Translations under genes and position numbers: made by a program | Notes under the pieces: model-generated | Databases searched by the model: none | What the model saw: only the letters and a program-made list of their open reading frames with translations | What the model was told of the DNA's origin: nothing | Shown: positions 37,205 through 51,273 of the stretch, in pieces | Layout of the letters: each line of letters opens with the position of its first letter | Numbering within the stretch: the stretch's first letter is position 1 | From: Octopus vulgaris | Taxonomy: Eukaryota | DNA: 64,000 nt | Assembly: GCA_951406725.2 (NCBI GenBank) | Contig: OX597826.1 | Coordinates: 13,826,001 to 13,890,000 of the forward strand | Reading direction: 5' to 3'

Positions 37205-37622
37205 ACTCTTTACTCTCTTTTACTCTTTTACTTGTTTCAGTCATTTGACTGCGGCCATGCTGGAGCACCGCCTTTAATCGAGCAACTCGACCCCGGGACT
37301 TATTCTTTTCTGTAAGCCCAGTACTTATTCTATCGGTCACTTTTGCCGAACCGCTAAGTGACGGGGATATAAACACACCAGCATCGGTTGTCAAGCAATG
37401 CTAGGGTGACAAACACAGACACACAAACACACACACAAATATATACATATACATATATACGACGGGCTTCTTTCAGTTTCCGTCTACCAAATCCACTCAC
37501 AAGGCTTTGGTCGGCCCGAGGCTATAGTAGCAGACACTTGCCCAAGGTGCCACGCAGTGGGACTGAACCCGGAACTATGTGGTTGGTAAACAAGCTACTT
37601 ACCACACAGCCACTCCTGCGCC
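37205..37622 (-). mobile_element. SINE family A
   Basis: Family consensus match. Confidence 0.9.
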
Positions 37623-37749
37623 TATAACAAGTGCAAATGTCTCAGTAATATACTGATTTCATCAGAGTTGATCGTTACTAAATAGTAAGAATAGCATTTA
37701 TTTTTATTCGAATAATTCCTCCCTAAACTTCAATTTTAGGTTGAATATA

Positions 37750-37933
37750 GGCGCAGGAGTGGCTGTGTGGTAAGTAGGTTGCTTACCAACCACATGGTTC
37801 TGGGTTCAGTCCCACTGCGTGGCACCTTGGGCATGTGTCTTCTACTATAGCCTCCGGCCCACCAAAGCCTTGTGAGTGGATTTGGTAGACGGAAATTGCA
37901 AGAAGCCCATCATGTATATATATATATATATAG

Positions 37934-38000
<67 letters not shown>

Positions 38001-38290
38001 TGTGTCTGTGTTTGTCCCCCCAACATCGCATGACAACCGATGCTGGTGTGTTTACGTCCCCGTAACTTAGCTGTTCGGCAAAAGAGACCGATAGAATAAG
38101 TACTAGGCTTACAAAGAATAAGTCCTTGCTCAATCGGTATTTATTTTATCAATCCCCGGAACAATGAAAGGCAAAGTCGACCCCTGTGGCATTTGAACTC
38201 AGAACGTAAAGACAAAGGCATTATCGCTAAGCATTTTTCCTGGTGCGACATCGATTTTGCGAGCTTGCCGACGAATATGTAATGAGAGTT
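37750..38290 (+). mobile_element. SINE family A (3' truncated at ~38125) abutting an opposite-strand family C fragment
   Basis: Family A to gaataagtcc, then minus-strand family C (atgaaaggcaaagtcgac...tttgaactcagaacg). Confidence 0.8.
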
Positions 38291-38903
38291 TGTTAGAATG
38301 CTTCAATACTTACAACAAAGCTCCAGAATTGTTTCGAATAGTTTCCAGTGTAAGTTGATCTAAAATTTCACACACCATTTTCATCACGCCTTCTGTGAAA
38401 AAATTATATAAATTACTCCGATATAACTTTGTATCAAGGTAAATAATGTCGATAGGTGAACGTTTGCTAAATAACAAAATAGTTTTTGACTTGACACACT
38501 TCTCATATGAACTTCTTAGAAAAGGGTTTCGACGCTAGATCCCTTCCCCAGATATATGTGGGCCCAAAACGTGAAATGATTATCGAAGGGTAATAGAACC
38601 ATTGAATATATACATAGCGCTTGTGTATTTCAGAGATCTGATATGCTCCAAAACAAGACAAGTTCACATCGAAAGTCGAGTTTCGGCTTAAGTTTTCTGA
38701 TTAAATTACTCTCGCGAGTCCTAGACTTACCTGGCTGTTCGTTCCCATCAACTCTTTGACTGCGGCCAGCCGTTGGCATATCTTCCTAAATATGCGAACT
38801 GGTATTTTAAGCGTCAATCAACATACATATTAGCAATAAATGTGGGATAGGTTTCTCTTTATACTAACTTATTATTAAAATATGCATATATATGTGTATG
38901 TGT

Positions 38904-39280
38904 GGAGGCGCAATGGCCCAGTGGTTAGGGCAGCGGACTCGCGGTCATAGGATCGCGGTTTCGATTCCCAGACCGGGCGTTGCGAGTGTTTATTGAGCGA
39001 AAACACCTAGAATCTCCACGAGGCTCCAGCAGGGGATGGTGGTGATCCCTGCTGTACTCTTTCACCACAACTTTCTCTCACTCTTACTTCCTGTTTCTGT
39101 TGTACCTGTATTTCAAAGGGCCGGCCTTGTCACTCTCTGTGTCACGCTGAATATCCCCGAGAACTACGTTAAGAGTACACGTGTCTGTGGAGTGCTCAGC
39201 CACTTACACGTTAATTTCACGAGCAGGCTGTTCCGTTGATTCGGATCAACCGGAACCCTCGTCGTCGTAACCGACGGAGT
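38904..39280 (+). mobile_element. SINE family B, full length
   Basis: As for 36588-36966. Confidence 0.9.
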
Positions 39281-39676
39281 GAAAAGAAGAAGATATGTGT
39301 ATGTATGTCTATATGTATTTTGGCAGTTGCGTTCTTGTGCGTATGTATATTTGTATGTATCTGCGTGGGGGTATAATTGTATATATAAAAAGATGTTATT
39401 ACATATGTTATTTTTATTGTATATATCTAGTGGGGTTTTGATTTCAGATTATGGTTATTAAATTCCTTGTACTATGAGCAAAATTGGGATCTGTTATTCA
39501 CAACATGTTGCCTAATTAGTTGTAAACTACTATATCTCTCTCTCCCTACCGATCAAAGTAAATATTCACACCTGATGAGCTGGCAGTGACCAAGTGAAAC
39601 CATTCCGCAGAGAGCGAGAGAGGTAGCGAGCTAGAGACAAGAGTGTATGTTTGCAGAGCGAGATTAAATGTTTATA

Positions 39677-40242
39677 TTGGGTTATCCGGAAAGTTCACGC
39701 CAATTTTTAAAGGAAAGAAAAAGGTCAATAAATACTTCCCATTACATTTTTAATCGACCAAATATGAAACATTTTGTTGCACAATGCGTCTCCATCTTTC
39801 CTTTAACTTGAAAATACCCTCTTCCCAGAATTGAGGTGGTTTCATAGCAAAGAATTCATCAAGGAATCTTTTTACGTTTTCCAAGGAATTGAAGTTTTTA
39901 CCATTAAGACTATTCTGCAGAGACCTGAATAAGTGGAAATCCGAAGGAGCAATATCTGGTGAATATGGAGGGTGGGGTAACACATCCCAGCCGAGCTGCA
40001 GCAATTTTTGTCTGGTTCCCAAAGCATCAAGTGCCGAAAATGAACTTTCTTATCTTCCATTTTAAAAGGTTACAGAATTAACACAGGTTATAGGAACATA
40101 AACCTTCTTCCACGAAAAGATAGCTTAAACTGTGCTCTAAATGGAGGTGTAGTAACATCCTATTTTATGGACTCAACGATGTTCTAAAATAAATCGAAAT
40201 GTAAGCTACTATAAATCGGCACGAACATTCCGGACAACCCAA
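39677..40242 (-). mobile_element. Internally deleted mariner (Tc1/mariner) element
   Basis: TA-flanked TIRs (ttgggttgtccggaa.gttcgtgccgattt); transposase N-terminus MEDKKVHFRHLMLWE joined to C-terminus HPPYSPDIAPSDFHLFRSLQNSL. Confidence 0.95.
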
Positions 40243-40439
40243 TAAAACGTGCGCAGATAAACGTGTAAATGTGGTATTTTAGCAAAGAGGATTTCCGAAC
40301 TGAGACCAAATTACAAAATATATCTTACACCATATGGAATCTCGCGAGTACGATCGCGGCTGATATTGATAACAACACCAACAACACTACTAATACCAAT
40401 ACAAGCAGTACTAACGACATATAAATAATAAAATAAATG

Positions 40440-40662
40440 CGCCCTTTTAAAGCCTAGCCAGGCCCATGGGCCCGGTTTCTATGGCGTATGTGTTCCCCAG
40501 CTGGACGGGACGTCAGTCCATCGCAGCGTTACTCATTTTTGCCAGCTGAGTGGAATGAAGTGTTTTGCTCAAGAACACAACGCATCGCCCGGTCCTGAAA
40601 TCGAAACCACAATCTTACGATCATGATGCTGACACCTTAACCACGAAGCCACGCGCCTCCAC
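40440..40662 (-). mobile_element. SINE family B-related variant
   Basis: Minus-strand head ggaggcgcgtggcttcgtggttaaggtgtcag...gtttcgatttcaggaccgggcg; 3' part resembles 9520-9620. Confidence 0.7.
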
Positions 40663-41205
40663 ACTACGACATAAATAGGTTATTTATGACGACGCAGGTA
40701 CTCTTCTCATTTCACTTGAATGCTGTAAAAGGTCAGCAACTGATCGAAGTATTTTTCTTGTTTTTTGTTGTTGGTTGTTTTTGGTTTTTTGGGGTTTTTT
40801 TTTTTGTAGGGGTGTATTTTATCATGAAGAGAAACATTGCTTGGCGCAATGTGGCATTCTTAATGCTATACGTGTAAAATCGTCACAAAAGAGTGACACA
40901 GACCGAAAAACTCAATGATAACACCGAATCATTAATGTTTGACTAATTTCCAGGGCTCAGATTTGTTCCACAGGGAAGTTCACTCTCTTGTAATGAATAT
41001 GTATATAGCACTAATCATTTTCTTATTTACTGTGACTAATTAAGAAATATTCTGCAATAGACCATGTTTATTATAACGATCTAATATTAATTATGATTTA
41101 TTCATTTGTTAATTAGGTGGTTCATTGATACATAGTATAAATTAATCATATAATTAATTAGTCTTAGTAAAAATTAATAATGAAAGGATTAGTTCTTAAA
41201 CTTAC

Positions 41206-41367
41206 CAAAACTTATAGTACCATTTTCCATTTCTATATTAGGCTGGCAAAATACCAGTTTCCGAATTCTATAATTACTCTTAAGCCGGTGGCAAATATAG
41301 AATCTCTTGCATCTTCTTACTGTAGAATATCTTAAATTCTTTCCATTTGGTATATTACAAATTACGT
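41206..41367 (-). CDS. Exon 5 of the PAN-EGF-Sushi gene (162 nt, phase 1-1), highly divergent Sushi-like module
   Basis: taaacag|AC...TTTG|gtaagt; open frame VICNIPNGKNLRYSTVRRCKRFYICHRLKSNYRIRKLVFCQPNIEMENGTISF; phase fits exon 4. Confidence 0.7.
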
Positions 41368-41869
41368 CTGTTTAACCATGATTGCGAGAGGAGAAAAGAA
41401 GACAAATGGACAGTTTTAAGATTTCTTATATATAAAAACACAAATATGTGGCGGGTAGCAGCGTTAAGCTGTGACGTATATAAGCACAAGGTTATTACCA
41501 GTTCAAATATGCTTGGGGCTTATTCGAACCTCAAGAAAGCCATTCACTGTATTTTGTCATGGAGAAAATTTCTCGCTGTTGACAAATGGTGTAAAATACA
41601 CTTAAACTCAGCTTGCAGCACGACCTACTCAGACTATGAGAGACAAGCAATTCGGAGTGCTTATCTCCTCTTCAGTTACAGACACCGAATAAGGTGGGTT
41701 GCGAACTGGTAAGAGAGATTTACAGTGTGGCAACGCTAAGCAGCGATACCAACTTGCTTATATTCCAGACGGCAGGAGACGGCTGTAACAGCATTTTGAA
41801 CACTGAGCACTCCTCACCAAACACTGGTTCAAGAACAGTAGAGAGAAGTGGTGAGACAATGAGAGGCGA

Positions 41870-42414
41870 AAGACGATGAGAGATGTGGGAAGGTGAGAGA
41901 TAGGAGAACATCAGAACTGGTTGAGAAAATTCACAATTGTTTGGATGAAGACAGTCGTATGTTTATAATGAACATAAATATCAGTTTGGAGTTGGCAAGG
42001 CAACTGTACACAGGATAATTTATGTAGATCTGAACATGCACAAAATTTGTGCAGAGTCTGTTTCCAGGGTGCTCCGAAGCAAATATCCTGGTAACCAACT
42101 ACTTGACAGAGTTGGGCATCAAATTTGTCCCTCACCCACCCTGCAGCCCAGATCACGCTCCTTGTGACTTTTGTTCTCCAAACTGAAGGAGAATCTCGGA
42201 GACAGTCGCTTTGAGGACATTGAGAAGATGAAGGGGGCTGTGACAAAGGTCCTGGACATTTTCAATATGGAGAACTTCAATGAGACCTGCATGAAGTCGA
42301 TGGGGCACTAAAACAAAATGGGTCCTACTTTGAAGGAGATTAGACTTTTGTACTTCTTTGAAATTAATGAATGTCTCACTGAAACATCGGAAAACTTATA
42401 GAATGCATCTTGTA
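41870..42414 (+). mobile_element. Degenerate mariner transposase relic (second family)
   Basis: FGVGKATVHRII (HTH), NYLTELGIKFVPHPPCSPDHAPCDF, KLKENLGDSRFEDIEKMKGAV and GSYFEGD*. Confidence 0.8.
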
Positions 42415-43144
42415 CAACGCTAAAATATTTTTCGGATATAAGAATACATTCTTATATAGAAATGATTGAATCGGTTTCATTTATGGCGCATTGAGTAATT
42501 TATGTGTAACAACAAGCTGGAATATGAAGCGATGAGAAGTAGCTTAGGAATCTAATCAATTTTGAAACACAGCTAAAAGATCATTGCTCTTGTTGTTATA
42601 GTTTTTGTCATTTCTTTCCTTTTCTTTTTCGTCTTGGAGTGTATGGTCGAACAGAGATATCTTGTGTTAATTTCTCTCTCTCTCTCTCTTTCTTTCTTTC
42701 TTACATACTAATCCAAGATTGATTAATCTAAGTACCTGACAAAGTACTGAAGACACAATCAACGACTAATACAGGCGAAAGGTGTGATGAAGTCCATTGA
42801 CTGAAACTAGTGAAATAGAAGAATGAAAATATTGTGCATTAACTTACTACAATCCTTGATATATTCCGACTTTAGACACATTGATAGATCATCATAAACA
42901 GGAACGAATCCGCTTCTAACCCGGGCGCATCGATAGCTGACATTTGTTGTTTTGAAGCCTTGTTCCGCGTCTTCCTTCGTTGTACAAGAAATATCTGTTT
43001 AAGAGATTCTAATTAATACAATAAGATAATATTGATTTTGCGCATTTATATTTAGAGCGACATTATTTTGTGGAGTGGAACCCAGCCATATACACACTGA
43101 ATTACAGGAACATTCTGCATTATGTATGAATATTAGTTAGATGA

Positions 43145-43370
43145 AAGCGACGAGCTGGCAGAACCGTTAGCACGCCCGGCAAAATACTTAGCTGCATTCT
43201 GTTCGGCTTCACGGTCTGAGTTCAAATTTCGCCGAGGTCGACTTTTGAAATTTATCCTCTCGGGGTCGATGAAATAAATACCAGTTGAAAATATTGGGTT
43301 CGATGTAATCGACTTAGCCCCACCCCACCCTCGAAATTACCGGCCTTGTGCGAAATTTTGAAACCAATAT
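43145..43370 (+). mobile_element. SINE family C monomer
   Basis: gcgacgagctggcagaaccgttagcacgccc...gagttcaaatttcgccgaggtcgac...ggggtcgatgaaataaataccag...ggccttgtgc. Confidence 0.8.
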
Positions 43371-43775
43371 TTTTTACATGCTTCCACAAAGACCGTCATA
43401 TTTAATTTCCTCAAGTGTATAGACGAAATCAGCACCCGCATGGAAATGAAAGCCGGTTCCAATAAATTGCTCACACATCTTGCCGTGGCACGAAATATGG
43501 AATTATGACTAAGGCAATTTTTTAACATGAAAAATTGCTTAATTTCAACCTTATTTTCATACATCTTTAACCTTACTTTTTGACTGTATCGACAGATTTT
43601 GACCTCATTTTAACTTAATTATTCTTAGCAAATCCATAAACATTAAAGTTTCCTATAAATCCAATTCTTTGCAGATTGAGATTACTGATGGATATATTCA
43701 TACACATACACACATACGTGTGTGTGTGTGTTTGTGTGTGTAATTTCTTTTTCTAATAAACGAATTCAATTTTTA

Positions 43776-44342
43776 TTGGGTTGTCCGGAAAGTTCGTGCC
43801 GATTTATAGTAGCTTACATTTCGACTTATTTTAGAACATGGTTGAGTCCATAATATAGGATTTGACTACACCTCCATTTAGAGCACAGTTTAAGCTATCT
43901 TTTCGTGGAAGAAGGTTTATATTCCTTATAACCTCTGTTAATTCTGTAACCCTTTAAAATAGAAGATAAGAAAGTTAATTTTCGGCATTTGATGCTTTGG
44001 GAACCAGACAAACATTGCTGCAGCTCGGCTGGGATGTGTTACTCCACACTCCATATTCACCAGATATTGCTCCTTCGGATTTCCACTTATTCAGGTCTCT
44101 GCAGAATAGTCTTAATGGTAAAAATTTCAATTCCTTGGATGACGTAAAAAGATACCTTGATGAATTCTTTGCCATGAAACTACCTCAATTCTGGGAAGAG
44201 GGTATTTTCAAGTTAAAGAAAAGATGGAGACGCATTGTGCAACAAAATGCTTCATATTTGGTTGATTAAAAATGTAATGGCAAGTATTTATTGACCTTTT
44301 TCTTTCCTTTAAAAATCGGCACGAACTTTCCGGACCACCCAA
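43776..44342 (+). mobile_element. Internally deleted mariner, same deletion derivative as 39677-40242
   Basis: TA-flanked TIRs; YSPDIAPSDFHLF motif; identical deletion junction. Confidence 0.95.
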
Positions 44343-45934
44343 TAGAATGGTGAGTCACTGAAATACAGTGCAGTACTAATTACATGCATAGTATTGTTTA
44401 TTCTTTTAGCAGAAACACCATCATCTGGTGCCTCTTTTTAAGGAACCACTTTAATTCCATTTAGCATTGATCACAGCTAGGGAGAAGATATTCTTCAATG
44501 ACAAGCGTTTCAAATACAACAGGCAAGGGAGGGTTTATATTCTCTTGAAATTTAACATGCTGTCTGTCAGATATTTTTACTAATATTCCGTTCTGTTTGT
44601 GCTATGTGACATATAATCTTATTCCCTTCCTGATCCAAATTTCGTCTGAAACCGCTTAGTGTTTCCCATGTGTCGTATTGGCTCTTTGTTGATCATACGA
44701 AGTGCTGCGAATTGCATTTCATGCAGTGGGGAGGCTGTTTTCACCTCAGAAAAGATGGGTTACTCTTTATATGAAACGAGTTCTTCCTCAACGAAGAGCA
44801 TCACCTTTTCGTATGAGACACTCTCGTGATGTTTTATTGCTTTTTCGGTTCGTTCTTTCGTTCTTTTGCCATATATATTTTCTTTATTTGTACAAAAAAG
44901 TCTGCCTTTTCCCTTGGCTTCACTCTGCTCTCCATTCTGATCGGTCAATGGAAGTAATACTGTTACGAAGAGGTAATTCCTATCTGTTTAAGTCTTGAAG
45001 CTTTTGTTGCCGAGTGTGACTCAATGTCTCCGCTGGTTTGGGCTGACAGAGATGTTCGTGAGTCTTCTGATTAATTCATGATAATAAGGACAGACAGTTT
45101 TTTTTTCATTTTCTCTTTTTTTTTTTTTTTTTTAACGATTCCACAGATGTATTCGGTACCGCCTTGGGATTAACAACCGATTTGTTGTCGTTGCTGCTTT
45201 TGATCAGTTAATCATTCTGAGCAGGAAACTCTTAGATGGCTTTTACCTCCAGATGTATAGCAGCTGGGTTTTCTATCCTGGATACTGAGTTTCAAAGCCT
45301 ACCTCTCATCAGCATTTACAGACACAATTCTGATATTGTATTATGGTCTTACGGTGTCGTAAGAACGTATCAAGAGATGACGCCACAGGACCAAATACCG
45401 CCAGAAGTTACGATGGTACTAATCCTCTGCCTATTATATGAGGCCACGAAAATGACGAGTCAGTGTCGCTGACAGTGTCGCCAGTGTCGCTGACCGAATC
45501 CATTGTGTTTCTTCTTCCCAAATAGAGCGGAACTGGTTTATGGGCAGATGTGTCTCAGTCAATTTATTCTTGCCTTTTGGCTCAGTCTTCTTTTACAGAC
45601 ATTTATACCATATAACCTTCCACATGAATGATATATCTCACTTAACATATCTGCCAATGCTGTCTCAAACTCATTCTTGGATAAAACAAGGAAAGAATGT
45701 AAAGATTGCAAATGCTGCTAAGCATTTTCTCCGATACGCCCATCAGGCTGTAAGCGCGCTATTTTCATGATGAGGATGATAATGATGGGGATTAATAATA
45801 ATAATAATAATAATGAGAAGAAGAAGAAGAAGAAGAAGAAGAAGAAGAAGAAGAAGAAGAAGAAGAAGAAGAAGAAGAAGAAGAAGAAGAAGAAGAAGAA
45901 AGAATTTGACAAGATCAGTAAATATAAAGACTAT

Positions 45935-46097
45935 AGGCTCAGGAGTGGCTGTGTGGTAAGTAGCTTGCTTACGAACCACATGGTTCCGGGTTCAGTCCCA
46001 CTGCGTGGCACCATGGGCAAGTGTCTTCTACTATAGCCTCGGACTGACCAAAGCCTTGTGAGTGGATTTAGTAGACGGAAACTGAAAAGAAGCCCGT

Positions 46098-46149
<52 letters not shown>

Positions 46150-46375
46150 AGTGTGTGTGTGTGTTTGTGTGTCTGTGTTTGTCCCCCCAACATCGCTTGA
46201 CAACCGATGCTGGTGCGTTTACGTCTCCGTAACCTAGCGATTTGGCAAAAAGAGTGCGATAGAATAAGTACAAAGCTTACAAAGAATAAGACCTGGGGTT
46301 GATTTGCTAGACTAAAAGGCGGTGCTCCAGCATGGCTGCAGTCAAATGACTGAAACAAGTAAAAGAGTAAAGAGT
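45935..46375 (+). mobile_element. SINE family A, downstream of a (TAA)n(GAA)n tract at 45793-45904
   Basis: Family consensus match. Confidence 0.9.
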
Positions 46376-46379
46376 ATTT

Positions 46380-46810
46380 GCCTATAGAAATTCAAGAAAT
46401 TGAAAAAATGTGGCATCTCAAGGCGACTACAGTACCAGTGATTGTAGGATCTCTAGGAGTGATTAAAAAAAGGTACTGAAACCTATTTGAAAGTGATACC
46501 AGGCTTACCATCCCTACAGGAAGTGCAAAAAATCGTGTTAACTGAAACGGCTCATGTACTGAGAAGAGCATTATCGCTCTGAAAACAACTTCCATTCATG
46601 AATTTATTAATTCATTAATTTTTTAAATACATATTTTACCTGTGAATTTGCGTGTGTAATCTGGGAATGCATACAATGAGCTTCTCTGCCCTAGGTGTAT
46701 GGAAAACACCCGGCGAGAAACGGAAGAAAATTTGAAGAAAGAAGGAAAAATAATAATAATAATAGCAACAACAACAACAACAATAATAATAATAATAATA
46801 ATAATAATCA
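46380..46810 (+). mobile_element. R4/Dong-like 3' end with (TAA)n tail
   Basis: EIEKMWHLKATTVPVIVGSLGVIKK...IPGLPSLQEVQKIVLTETAHVLRRALS; 3' UTR similar to 50640-50720. Confidence 0.8.
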
Positions 46811-47118
46811 ATAAAAGCAATAAACAAGAAAAAGAAAAGCAAGAATAAGATGATGATGATGATGATAGATAGATAGATAGATAGATAGATAAGCAGACAG
46901 ACAGATGGACAGACAGACAGGCAGACAGATAGGTAGGTAGGTAGGTAGGTAGGTAGGTAGGTAGGTAGGTAGGAATGAATAATAGGCAGACGGATGGATG
47001 GATGGATGGATGGATGGATCGGGGAAGGTGAGAGGACGATTGACTTTTGAAGAAAGACTGTTGTTTTTTCTAGTTCGAAGAATAATGGTAAGATATATAT
47101 AAATGGTTAAAGACGTAC

Positions 47119-47265
47119 TAAGATAATTCCGGAATGTTTTGGACCAAATTCCTTTCATATGACAAGTTGTGTTCATTTTTCCACATTCATAATTCCAGTA
47201 ACTATCCACATAAGCTCCGTTGCTTATAGTTAAGTTGACAAGATACGGGTGTCTGCATGAAAAGC
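47119..47265 (-). CDS. Exon 4 of the PAN-EGF-Sushi gene (147 nt, phase 1-1), Sushi/CCP-like
   Basis: ttttttaacag|GC ... CTTA|gtacgt; FSCRHPYLVNLTISNGAYVDSYWNYECGKMNTTCHMKGIWSKTFRNYL. Confidence 0.8.
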
Positions 47266-47529
47266 CTGTTAAAAAATAGAACTTCGAATTGTGATGAAAA
47301 GATCCCTCAAATCTATTTATTAATGCATAATTAACATGAACACAGGCATGGAATATTAATAAGTTCACTTCGCAACCATTTTAATCCAAATTCTATCCAA
47401 CTTCGTATCATATTTGGTAAGTATTTTCTACTATTGCCATTTATAAATCAACACCATGTTAGTGGAATTTACAAGACGAAAAGGCCCGGCTGTTTCATAT
47501 TTTAGTTATACATGCAAAGATACATACAA

Positions 47530-47588
<59 letters not shown>

Positions 47589-47595
47589 ATATATC

Positions 47596-48146
<551 letters not shown>

Positions 48147-48821
48147 ACAATTTAATAAATAAAGCATATGCATACATACATACATATATGTACATACCTA
48201 CATCTATATGTATATGTACATGCATATATGAGTACAGGACACCACAAATAAACGTAGAACACAACGAGGAACGAAAACATAAAATCAAACAAGGAAACGG
48301 ACTTTTTTTAACTACGAAAAAACAGAGTACAGGACCAACAATACAAGGAATATTCCCCTTCTTCAGCTGCCCCTGTTTCGACTCAATGCGTGTTTCATAT
48401 ATAAATATATATGACCGTGATCATCATCATCACCATCATCATCGTCTTTTCGTTTGCTGTTTTGTTTTCGTTACTGCTTCAGTTCGTCCCGTTGGCCTGG
48501 CGATGGAGTAACTCTATGAAATTTGAATTCTCAGAGGTGGGAAGTATTCAGCCATAGAACTGCATAAAAAATTAACGTTTAGAAAGTTGTTTCATTTCCC
48601 ACCTAAAATCACATTCCACTTACCTTTTATTGGGTTCGCTGTCGAAGCCAAAGCAGTTTTTACAATTAATGCGTATTTTTACTTCAAAACAAAATTTTAG
48701 AAGATAATTATTCTTTTTCCCCCACGTTTTATCTTCAAAAGGACAAGAAACAAAGTAAAACTTTGCCTAAAATAATTAGACTTTTGCAAAAAGAAGAAAA
48801 AAAGAAAAAATATTTAGATGA

Positions 48822-49264
48822 TGCGCAGGCGTGGCTGTGTGGTAAGAAGCTTGCTTCACAATGACATGGTTCTGGGTTCAGTCCCACTGTGTGGCACCTT
48901 GGGCAAGTGTCTTCCACTATAGCCTCGGGCCGACCAAAGCTTTCTGTGTGGATTTGGAAGACGGAAACCGAAAGGAGCCCATTGTGTGTGTGTGTGTGTG
49001 TGTGTGCGTGCGTGTGTGTGTGTGCATGTGTGTGAGCGTGTATGCATGTGTGTGTGTTTGTCTTTGTGTCTGTCCCCCCCCATCACTGCATGACAACTGG
49101 TGTTGGTGTGTTGACGTCCCTGTAAATTGCTGGTTTGGCAAAAAAACGACAGAATAAGTACGAGGCTTTTAAAAAATAAGTCCTCGGGTCCATTTGTTCG
49201 ACTAAAATCTTTCAGGGCTGTACCCCAGCATGGCCGCAGTCAAATGACGGAAACAAGTCAAAGA
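48822..49264 (+). mobile_element. SINE family A (older subfamily)
   Basis: Family consensus match with more substitutions. Confidence 0.85.
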
Positions 49265-49326
49265 TGGTTGTTAATCGCTGATTGTACATTTTAGATGACA
49301 AAACCAAAATACTGGAACCAAAAAAG

Positions 49327-49388
<62 letters not shown>

Positions 49389-49685
49389 TCACTCATCCAA
49401 CCTGCCAAAAATAACGACAAAATCTCCCTCAAATCACACATATCTTTCTATATGAAAGAGAGCTAGACATGGTTTGTGGGACATGTTGAGAAATATAGTC
49501 TTAGATATATTATGCCTGAAAGAAAATATGACATGAGCATAACTGGAATGTCATTAATCATAGACCTGTTTGATCAAGACTGACCTGGTGTTAAACAGCA
49601 ATGCCAGTAAGTGGTGTTACAAGCCAGTTGTCGGTTTTAAATCTGATTAATTTTAAAGTGCGGAAAAAAATTCCTTGAAACTTAC

Positions 49686-49844
49686 CACAACTTGTTGTGG
49701 GCTTCGACCAAATCCCTGCCAACTTACAAAATGAATGTATCATTCGTTCAGTCTGATTCGACAAGCAGCTATACTTCACAGTGTTCGTAGATTGGTAACT
49801 GATCACTGCTGAGTTCTCCTGGCGTGGCAAACCACAGTCGATAT
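49686..49844 (-). CDS. Exon 3 of the PAN-EGF-Sushi gene (159 nt, phase 1-1), Sushi/CCP domain
   Basis: tgtcctag|AT ... TGTG|gtaagt; IDCGLPRQENSAVISYQSTNTVKYSCLSNQTERMIHSFCKLAGIWSKPTTSC (C-x-x-P, Y-x-C, C-x3-G-x-W-S-x5-C). Confidence 0.85.
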
Positions 49845-50084
49845 CTAGGACATTGGGTAATTGTAAAAATAAATGTGGATTAATTGTTATTACTAAATGT
49901 TGTGGTTGTTTACTTTTAATCTGCATGTTTGTTACAAACACTTTCCGAGACACACCCAGCATCCTAAGGCAAGTGAAGGTTAAGAGATGTGACAGTATGA
50001 CTGAAAGCTTGGGGAGGGGAAGTGGAAGGGTCAGTAGTGAAATATCTTCATGCAATACAACACAGACATTTAAATTGATCGGGT

Positions 50085-50520
50085 TTTGCTAAGGATGTGG
50101 GAGGTACTTGTCAGCACAATCTTATGAATTTCTCTGAGACATGGTTCTCCTGGGATGTTATCTAGATGTTTCTGATATCTTTTTTATCATGCCTAGGGCA
50201 CCTACAATATCAGGAACAGTTCTTGCTTTAAGATGCCACAACTTTTGTATTTCAATTTCCAGGTCCTTATATTTACTTAATTTGTGAAATTCCTTTACAG
50301 ATGTATTTTTATCAGTGGGAACTCTGATATCTATAAGTCTACAAGTATTTTCTCCCAAGTCTTTTATAATTATGTCTGGTCAATAAGCCTGGATTGTTCT
50401 GTAGGTGCTGACTGGAAAATCTCAGAGGATATTAACATTTTTATCTTCAATGACTGGCTCAGGATGATGTTCATACCAATAAGCAGGAGTGCCGAAATAC
50501 TATACTAATCTATCGTATCC
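50085..50520 (-). mobile_element. R4/Dong-like RLE fragment
   Basis: WYEHHPEPVIED...PDIIIKDLGENTCRLIDIRVPTDKNTSVKEFHKLSKYKDLEIEIQKLWHLKARTVPDIVGALGMIKK. Confidence 0.85.
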
Positions 50521-50548
50521 TATCGTGGAGATTTTATTATTATTATTA

Positions 50549-50606
<58 letters not shown>

Positions 50607-50639
50607 CATTATTATTATCATTATTATTATTATTATTAT

Positions 50640-50975
50640 TTATGGGTTTTTCTTCTTCTTTCAAATTTGCTTCCATTTCTTGCCGAGTGTCTTCCCGACT
50701 CCTAGGGCAAAGAAACTCATAATATACATTGGTAGGCCATTAAACTAAACTCACTAGTTCGTTCATTTTTTTTCGTTTCTTTTAAAGTTAAATTAAAATA
50801 CATGGGTAGTAATAGTTCTCGCATCGACAATGCTCTTCTCAATACGTGTGATGTACCAGTTAAGACAATCTTTTGCACTTCTTGCAGGGATGGTAAGCCA
50901 GGCATCATTCTCATATAATTTTCGGTTCCCTTCTTGATCATTCCTAGTGCTCCTACGATCACTGGTATTGTAATA
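50640..50975 (-). mobile_element. R4/Dong-like 5'-truncated copy flanked by (TAA)n
   Basis: TIPVIVGALGMIKKGTENYMRMMPGLPSLQEVQKIVLTGTSHVLRRALSM plus 3' UTR. Confidence 0.85.
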
Positions 50976-50979
50976 TTAA

Positions 50980-51036
<57 letters not shown>

Positions 51037-51063
51037 CATCATCATCATCATTATTATTATTAT

Positions 51064-51211
51064 TGCCTTGCACAGCTTCTAATGCTGGAGATGTAATACG
51101 GTGTCAGCTGTTCACTACCAGTGTACTAAGGTAACACCCCTTATTTTTCGAGTGCCTTCCAGAGTATTCGAACAGTTCCAAGCAGTACTGGTTTCTGCAT
51201 ATGCTCCATCC

Positions 51212-51212
<1 letters not shown>
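51064..51212 (-). mobile_element. Short R4/Dong-like 3' end flanked by (TAA)n
   Basis: MEHMQKPVLLGTVRILWKALEK* is homologous to the ORF end of the neighbouring copy; the 3' UTR differs. Confidence 0.65.

Positions 51213-51273
<61 letters not shown>

Noticed and set aside
39568-39610. Hammerhead-like CTGATGA-gctggcagtgaccaagt-GAAA
   Set aside because: Helix II is imperfect and no helix III, UH site or helix I partner follows; at best a broken relic.
42783-42815. gtgatga-agtccattgact-gaaactagt hammerhead-like string
   Set aside because: C3 and H17 are missing and there is no helix I; better explained as a decayed family A tail (agtcaaatgactgaaacaagt).
44400-45050. Possible additional exon or Penelope GIY-YIG relic on the minus strand
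   Set aside because: Only a weak CMKCNSQHFV*ST resemblance, several stops and no convincing splice pair; not supportable by eye.
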